This document shows, piece by piece, positions 56,520 to 64,000 of a stretch of 64,000 bases of DNA. A program made the position numbers and the translations under genes. This stretch comes from Eledone cirrhosa (taxonomy: Eukaryota), in the NCBI GenBank assembly GCA_964016885.1, contig OZ024743.1, positions 273,172,001 to 273,236,000 of the forward strand, given 5' to 3'. The notes under the pieces were generated by a model. The model was not told the DNA's origin. It did not search any database and saw nothing but the letters and a program-made list of their open reading frames with translations. Numbering within the stretch: position 1 is the stretch's first letter; each line of letters begins with the position of its first letter.

Positions 56520-57400
56520 ATATGAATAAGCAGTGGGATTTGAGAATGGCTTATGCATTCTTCGTCTAGTAAGCATGTTTTAGTGTGTTGTATGGGCTGT
56601 TGATAACTTGTTACATTATCATTTCATGTTCATCTTCATATACAATAGGAAGGCTTTTGAGGAGATAGTCAGATATTTCGTCTGTTCATATCATAAGGAG
56701 TCTTTAGAAAGATGTCCAGGAAGTGACCTACTCTGTGTGCTTAACATATAGAGCCTGCTATATTTGGTCTAAGTATTAAGTCTGGAGCTAGTAAATGGAT
56801 GTATATACGTATCGAGGATTTACAAGCATGATTTATCAGTTTGGATTTGTGTTTTTCCGGTAGACCTTATATAATGTTGGCTTATGTAGTCGATTTCTTT
56901 CGTAGTTAGGCTTTTACGTTACCTATTTTTCAAGGTCAGTAGATTTCTTATCATATATGTTTATTTGTAGCTACTTATTCTCTCATAGTAGTTGTTGTCT
57001 TACAACATTTTAAATGCAAGCTTTTCGTAAACGTCTGAATTAATGATGACGACAGTGCTGCTTTTATCGGCTTCTTTAATAGGGATGGCTTTAATAGTGT
57101 TTTCTTCTAAACGAATAGGAATCCACCATTCATGTTTTGAGCAATTATATTTGAATTTTTAAAAATTTTATATTGATTGAAAAGGAAAATCCATAATGTG
57201 TATGGTGTAGGAATCTAGTCCTTTCACTTTCTTCTGTTGGAAAAAAAACTTACATTAGTTTCTCACAATTGATTCAACTTCTTTGGCATTCTTATTGGAG
57301 AATTAATCGATTTGCCACAGTTTTCAGCACAATTTCTGTGATGTCGTTGTTCATTTTGAGGAAGTTTGATGTTTGGAGGGTGGGTGTAAATGTCAATATT
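56520..57400 (-). pseudogene. Decayed PLE RT fragment (Neptune/Poseidon-like type)
   Basis: Collinear KEADKSSTVVII, GLPEKHKS, LRPNIAGS and HFLDIFLK. Confidence 0.7.
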
Positions 57401-57779
57401 TTACTTATTATATCTATTTCGGTTGTGTTCATTAATGACTTCTATACATGAATATATATTAATTATATTGACTTCTATATATGAATATATATTATTTATA
57501 TGTGTCTATGTGTGCGCGCGTGTGTGGTTACATCTATACATATGTATATATCATTTATACATATTTATAGATGCAACCACACACGCGCGAACACATACAG
57601 ACACAGATATACATATATATATATATTAATAGATGCAGCCACAAACACGCACATGCGCGCGTACATATGCACACACACAGGTATATACATATATACACAT
57701 ATGTACACGCTCGTGGGAGTGTGTGTGTCTGAGTGAATGTGTGAATATATATATATATTCACATATATATATCCATAAG

Positions 57780-58200
57780 GAAATCATTCATGTCTTCAAT
57801 TTTACACTGTGTGAAAAGATCAGCTTTTGTGATCTTATCTTCAAGTGTGTAACAAAACATTATTGGAAGTAAAGCCATATGGAACACATCTAGTTGCTTT
57901 ATAACTGTTCGATACCGAGTCCAGGTCTGGGATCCGCTCAAATGTGAGGTTATATGTCACCTACAATATTCTTATCTTTAGTTCTAACTGTTCAGCCAAT
58001 ACAGGTCAGGAATCTGAATGTTTGTGACGATATAGGCTGCGGCTATTGGAATGTTGTCAGTGGGTGGAGATGCCGTCAGTTATCTGTTTATTGCCATTTT
58101 TTACTGGAAAGAAAAGTCACCACAGTTCACATGGTAGGGTATATACTTTCAGGAGTAATCGAGGTAATATTAAGATTTCTATCATCTGACATGTTGAAAC
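57780..58200 (+). pseudogene. Possible decayed GIY-YIG segment, inverted relative to the adjacent RT
   Basis: TGTAACAAAACATTATTGGA resembles C...YIG; QVRNLNVCDDIGC follows; heavily decayed. Confidence 0.35.
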
Positions 58201-58202
58201 TT

Positions 58203-58292
<90 letters not shown>

Positions 58293-58297
<5 letters not shown>

Positions 58298-58570
58298 GTA
58301 ATCTGAGTTTTTCGAATATTAATAATAACATTCGATTCGTTTGCAATTATACAAACAAGCCTCATTTTTATAGCCATGTCAATAGAATGAACCCTTCTTT
58401 CTTGCTCTTGTGTTGGCATATAAACATTGCCAGGCATTGTTACATGCGATCAAAAGAGCAAGAATGAAGTGTTAATTCTACTGACATGGCCATAAAAATG
58501 AGGCTTGTTTGTATAATTAGAAACGAATCGAATGTTATTATTAATATTCGAAAAACTCAGATTACATTTA
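58293..58570. repeat. Palindromic element between (TA)n tracts; related to 28381-28510
   Basis: TAAATGTAATCTGAGTTTTTCGAATATTAATAATAACATTCGATTCGTTT vs its reverse complement at 58521-58570. Confidence 0.85.
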
Positions 58571-58659
58571 TTGTATTCAGCCATGAAGAGCAAAAATGTC
58601 CTTTATATATATATATATATATAGATATATATATATAATGGTTATAAAAAAACGATCAA

Positions 58660-58713
<54 letters not shown>

Positions 58714-59178
58714 CATAAAAAAACAGTTAAATGCTTAACATTACTGTTATAGAAGTGAATAGATTTTATGAAGATTTGCATTTCCGAGAACAGCTGTTGA
58801 AAGAGAATCGGTAAATAAATTAATCACTTTAAATTCTTAAACTTCATTACATGTCCCTATGGTGAACCACTTTCAAATTATTTCATGCGGGTACGTGTGT
58901 GTGTGAGCGACTAAGTGGCGGGAACGTGAGACACAAAGCAGTTACAAAATGCTGAACGTGAAATAAATGAATTTCTTTAGAATTCTAAACTGACATTTAC
59001 TTCTTGATGAAAATGAATCTGAAATATACTATAATTTCGCCACTGTAATAAGGAAAAACAAATATGTTCAGCTATATACAATTATCAAACACAGTTAAAC
59101 AGTATAAGGAAACTTACACATGCTAACAACTAAATACATCTTAGTACCACTCCAACCACTTAAAGGGAAAAGGATTTG

Positions 59179-59262
59179 TATTGGTTCGTCAAGTATGGAA
59201 TTTGTAGAAATGTGTAAAAAAAAAAACAAATTTCTACAAATTCCATACTTGACGACCCAATA
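59179..59262. repeat. Hairpin, about 37-bp arms with poly-A loop
   Basis: TATTGGTTCGTCAAGTATGGAATTTGTAGAAAT / ATTTCTACAAATTCCATACTTGACGACCCAATA. Confidence 0.85.
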
Positions 59263-60389
59263 GAACACTGTAATCTATGACGGCTGGGTCAAAGATATAA
59301 CAACTTTAGTCACGCGTCTGATGAAAAGAAGATATGCAATAGCAACACCCACAAAAAGAAACAATCAAATTCGACAGTATACGCTGAATATTTTGACTGA
59401 ATTTTTCAAGGTAACTGGTGCTGGTAACCATTTAATACTTGTGGTGAAATGCAAGTGTTTAAGAACATATTGTTCGGTATCTGTGCTAAGAAAAACAATG
59501 AATAATAATTTTGCAATTTCCAACTGTTTTGGTATTAACGCCCAGAGCGAATGTTTTATATTGGCGTTTTGAGGCTTTGCCAACGAGTGATTCTAGATTC
59601 AAATGAATGCCAAATATCGCTGGCGGCTTAGCGGTTTTTATATCTGTTTTACATGAATGATTCATTCATTTAAACACTACACCTTCAATTAAACGGGATA
59701 GCAAGCATTAACGGAAATATTCTACACTTTTCGCATATACTATACAATTATATCTATATGACATCAACTTATATCTATATATGACCTAAAGTAATTACTC
59801 CGCAGAATATGGTGGTCTGTGAATGTGAAAAAATTGTAGTAAATTTCTATTTACAATATTTGCTCTAATATGTGTCCCAGAGATGTTTTGTCACTTCTGT
59901 ATCCATACTGGCGAAACATTTACAATGATTTTGCAGAAGGAGTGATGGTGCCCCTCACAGTTGTCAAATCCTGCTATATTGCGTGTTGGGGATCATGAAT
60001 ACTTCTCAAACCGGACAAATAGTCTAACACACGTATCGTTGGTTTTACAAGCATCCGCCAAATGGAAAAATGATAATGTTAAACAGGTCAGGCGATTAAA
60101 CAACATCCGATATACTTTACAGTAGAATGTTAACTGAGAACACAGAGGCGAAACAAACACTGCAATGAATTGCCTTTGACACAAACAATTCCGCAAATAC
60201 ACCACTTTAGGTTTTTATTTAATTTTTGAAGTCCCTATAAATGAAAGGGAAAAAGTTTAACTTGTAAGTCAAAAAATGTTCAGCACAAATTGAACTCAGA
60301 GACATGGAATCTGGAAGAAACGGTCAGATATTATGTTCTAAGCGTTATCGATTCTGATAAGAACGGGGTATTTCTATTTGATTTTGCTG

Positions 60390-60855
60390 TGCATACCTAC
60401 ATACCTACATACATACATAGTGGCTGCCAACTCGTTTTTAGAGTACGGCCACTACTTTATATCCATGTAGGAGAACCCCTACCGATGCGCTGAACGAGTG
60501 TGACTTTTTAGTCCAGCCAGCGACTTGAAAACTCTGGTACAAACACTACACTTGTGACAGTTATTGACACATAGTGCTGGGCCCATGGTACCATATAACA
60601 AGTGCAGAGAGATCTCCAGATATAAAGCAATGCCTGTACCGTGAAGCTTTTATAGTGAGCAAAGGCACTGCACAAAGCCAGTCCCACTCTCTTAACCAAG
60701 ATGATATTTACCAAAAAGAAGAACAAGTTAACATCATTGGATACCATCAGGGTTGCAGGTGTTATATCCGAGTTTTCCTTCTCCTAGAATTCTGCCTTGA
60801 CAAAGGCTAAGGGGTCATCTCTCCTGGTGATTTTGGATGGCCATTGACTCTTAAG
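60390..60855 (-). mobile_element. Internally deleted RTE-type element (5' UTR-like head, C-terminal C2H2 finger, (TATG)n tail)
   Basis: Minus strand: CTAGGAGAAGGAAAACTC head; peptide CSVCTRVFKSLAGLKSHTRSAHR*; the 3' end GGCAGCCA plus (TATG)n is also seen at ~2190-2240. Confidence 0.6.
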
Positions 60856-60894
60856 AGCTCCTTTGCCCTTTGACAGGTTTTGTTTTTACATACA

Positions 60895-60968
<74 letters not shown>

Positions 60969-61057
60969 TACTCACCCACATACATACATACATACATACA
61001 TACATACATACATACATACATACATACATACATACATACATACATACATACATACAT

Positions 61058-61715
61058 ACCAGGCTATGTAAAACAAAGATCGAGGATGTAAGCCACATTG
61101 TTGCCAGCTGCGAAAGAATGTCATCTCGCTACTACCTCCCATGAGACACGATGGGATAGCTAGAACCATCTGGAACGCACTTCGGAAAACAAAATTAACA
61201 ACGAACGAGGAAGAATATATTGAGACAGATGGCACTAAGGAATACTGGTGGAATCTGAAAATAAAAATTGCCACCAAATTAAAGCACAACCGGCCTGATA
61301 TTGTTGTTTGGGACCACACATTGAAAACGTGTTCTGTTGTGGAGATCAGCTGCCCACTTGATATAAACGTTGTCAGAAAAATACAGGAGAAGGAGGACAT
61401 CTACGGACCATTGATGAGGAGTTTACAAATCCAGTATCCAAGATACACCTTTAGCTTCATACCCATCATTATTGGAGCTACAGGTTATATACCAACCCTT
61501 TGGACCAAAGTATGACTGAACATGGATTTGCGGGCAAAAAACGCAGCTCCCTAATTCATAGTCTGCAAATGGCTACGATAGCTGGCACCTTCAAAATTTG
61601 CAAAACATTCTTGCGATTCAAGGGATGACAATTTATTTTCATCTACAACCTTGCCACCAGGCTGGTGGCCGGTCAAAAAAATATACTCGAAATTAAGAGA
61701 AAGAGATAACACATA
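61058..61715 (+). mobile_element. R4/Dong-clade 3' fragment, subfamily A
   Basis: RLCKTKIEDVSHIVASC (zinc knuckle), RHD, NRPDIVV and VVEISCP (REL endonuclease); (CATA)n on both flanks. Confidence 0.9.
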
Positions 61716-61784
61716 CCATACATACATACATACATACATACATACATACATACATACATACATACATACATACATACAAACATA

Positions 61785-63821
61785 GCTTTCGATTCTGTTC
61801 CCCACTCTTGGATAATAGAGGCCCGCCAACAGACATTATTGTCAGAGCCATAGAGAGGCTGTCTTCTTCTTGGGCTACTATCCTAAGGTTAAAGACAGAG
61901 AGGAAGGACTATATTTCCACTGATAAAATAAAATATTGCAGGGGTATATTTCAGTGGGACAGTCTCTCTGTGATATTATTCATCTTGTCATTAAACCCCT
62001 TGTCCTTTCTGCTCAAGAAGTGTGAGGGATATATCGTTGGCTCACAGAGGGACATAAATACGAACCTAACCCATAACTTCTTTGTGGACGATCTGAAACT
62101 CTATGCCAAGAACACGGATGGGTTGAAGAAAAATCTTGACCTGGTTACAACGTTCTCAAAGGAAATAGGAATGGAGTTGGGCCAAGATAAATGCTCATAC
62201 ATGACTGTTAAGCGGGGAAATACAACAACCCAATCTAGTAACATTGTCATCAATGGCCTAACTGTTTCACCTATATCTGATACCTGGGGATAGATGAGAA
62301 CATATCCTATAATGGTATCTGTAATAAAGAACGCGTAACCAGGGAATACTACACCCGATTAAGGAAGATCTGGTCATCGGAACTCTCTGCGCAAAACAAA
62401 ACAGTGGCTCACAATGAGTTTGCTGTGCCTGTCCTAACACCAACGTTTGGAATACTCAATTGGACGATAGACGACATCCGAGCATTTGATGATGGACTCG
62501 AAAAATACTGAACAACACCGGAAACTTCCACATCAACAGTGACATAGACCGCCTTTACTTGAAACGTAAGCAGGGAGACAGAGGCCTAACATCAGTGCAG
62601 ACAACATTTGAATGTCGCATCATATCTCGAAACTTAGGAGCCCGTTTCTCGAGCAAGTATATCTGCATGAAACAGATAAGATCATGAGAGTTGGGAAGGA
62701 ACTCCTCGACAGATATTCCCCGTGTGATAATCAAAAACTCACACCCAGGGATGTCGCTCAGCAGTATCGCAGTGAATCCATGGATGAAAAACTGCTTGCT
62801 TATCAGCAATAAATGATGCATGGATATGTTGCCAGGAAGCTCCAGAGTCAGAGTAATATAGACAAGGAAATTAGTCTATCTTGGACCAACAACCGCTATA
62901 TTGGCTTCCACTTTGAAGGATACGCTTTTGCAATCCAGGAACAGGAGATTACCACGAAATACCTGATTCACAAAAGAGATAGGGATGCAGGCAAAACATC
63001 TAGATGTGATAACAAATGCAGAACTAACATCGAGGATATCACCCATGTCATCAACAGCTGTGCAAATATGTCATTGCGGTACTATCTACCTATAAGGCAT
63101 GATGCAGCGGCCAAAACACTGTACAATGCAGTTCGTAAAAAAGATAGCCCCGATAATAAACACATTAAAAGCTACAGCAATGTGGAAGACATCCATGTAT
63201 ATAATATGAAAGACTACTGGTGGAATGTTCGAGTATAAACCCCAATAAAATGCAGGCATAACAGACCCTGTATTATGAAATGGGACAGGGAGAAGAAAGC
63301 ATGCACAGTAGTGGAAATTAGCTGCCCAGCAGATGCCAATATAATATCAAAGATTAGTGAAAAGGAGAATATTTATGCAGAACTGATGATAAATCTGCAG
63401 ATACTCCACCCTGATTACACCTTCAGATTTATGACTGTGATTATTGGGGCACTGGCATATGTTAGTAACTGCCTCAATACAAATCTTGAGAAGCTAGGCT
63501 TCACAGGAACAGAAAGAACACAACTAGTTAGGAAATTACAAGTACAATCCATTAATGGAACAGTAAAGATATGTAAAACATTCCAAAAAGGTTGCATCTA
63601 ATAACTGCATATACACATGTACAGATGCAAAGCATATACACATGCACACATACAACTCAAGACATACACATCCTACACATACAATAACATCCATATCTAC
63701 ACATGCATGCATTCATATCTAGTTGATGTTGTGTAAATTCCAATGAGAGAGTCTTGTGTCTATGTTAGAAACCGACTCTCTCTCTATTTGTAAAACTTTG
63801 TGCAATTATAAAACCAGAAGA

Positions 63822-63828
<7 letters not shown>
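61785..63828 (+). mobile_element. R4/Dong-clade non-LTR retrotransposon, 5'-truncated and decayed, subfamily B
   Basis: RT motifs RGIFQWDSLS..F.L.LNPL and FFVDDLKLY; AIQEQEITT; CR..EDITHVINSC, RHD, VVEISCP; 3' UTR ends AAAACCAGAAGAAC(ATAC)n. Confidence 0.92.
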
Positions 63829-63869
<41 letters not shown>

Positions 63870-64000
63870 TATACAATTATCAAGTTGAGTTCAAATCATT
63901 TAATAGCTGACACTCGTTTCTTCCAAACTCTCGTTTGGAATCATCGGAGCATTATCAATGTTTGCACATATAATTAACCTACTATTCAACTGAACAATAA

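Noticed and set aside
59300-60200. hAT transposase remnant (RLFVRF, HFTTSIKWL on the minus strand)
   Set aside because: Only weak motif resemblance; cannot be supported without a search.

Overview
AT-rich eukaryotic intergenic or intronic DNA. I found no supportable host protein-coding exon, and nearly all ORF-track entries are microsatellite read-throughs. The repeat content (long (TA)n/(CA)n/(CATA)n tracts and a recurrent tRNA-derived SINE containing ...ATCGACCCCGTAAGGATGAAAGGCAAAGTCAACCTCGGCGGGATTTGAACTCAG...) suggests a coleoid cephalopod, probably an octopus (inference). The window is mostly decayed mobile elements: several Penelope-like elements (PLEs: RT plus C-terminal GIY-YIG, Naiad-like) with inverted or partial-tandem pseudo-LTRs, four R4/Dong-clade REL-endonuclease LINE copies mostly in (CATA)n, a CRE-clade LINE remnant, a mariner remnant, an internally deleted RTE-type element, many SINEs and a 200-N assembly gap. 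The most striking hidden signal is about 15 readable type-I hammerhead ribozyme (HHR) motifs from at least 6 sequence families, most with a minimal palindromic stem III. Some lie in small non-coding, partially tandem, retrozyme-like units (3.2-4.1 kb and 22.1-24.55 kb). The HHRs show covariation, extended stem II, a recurrent CCGAnGA (U4C) core and a mismatch at the base of stem II. All folds and alignments were done by eye; coordinates are approximate to a few bases.
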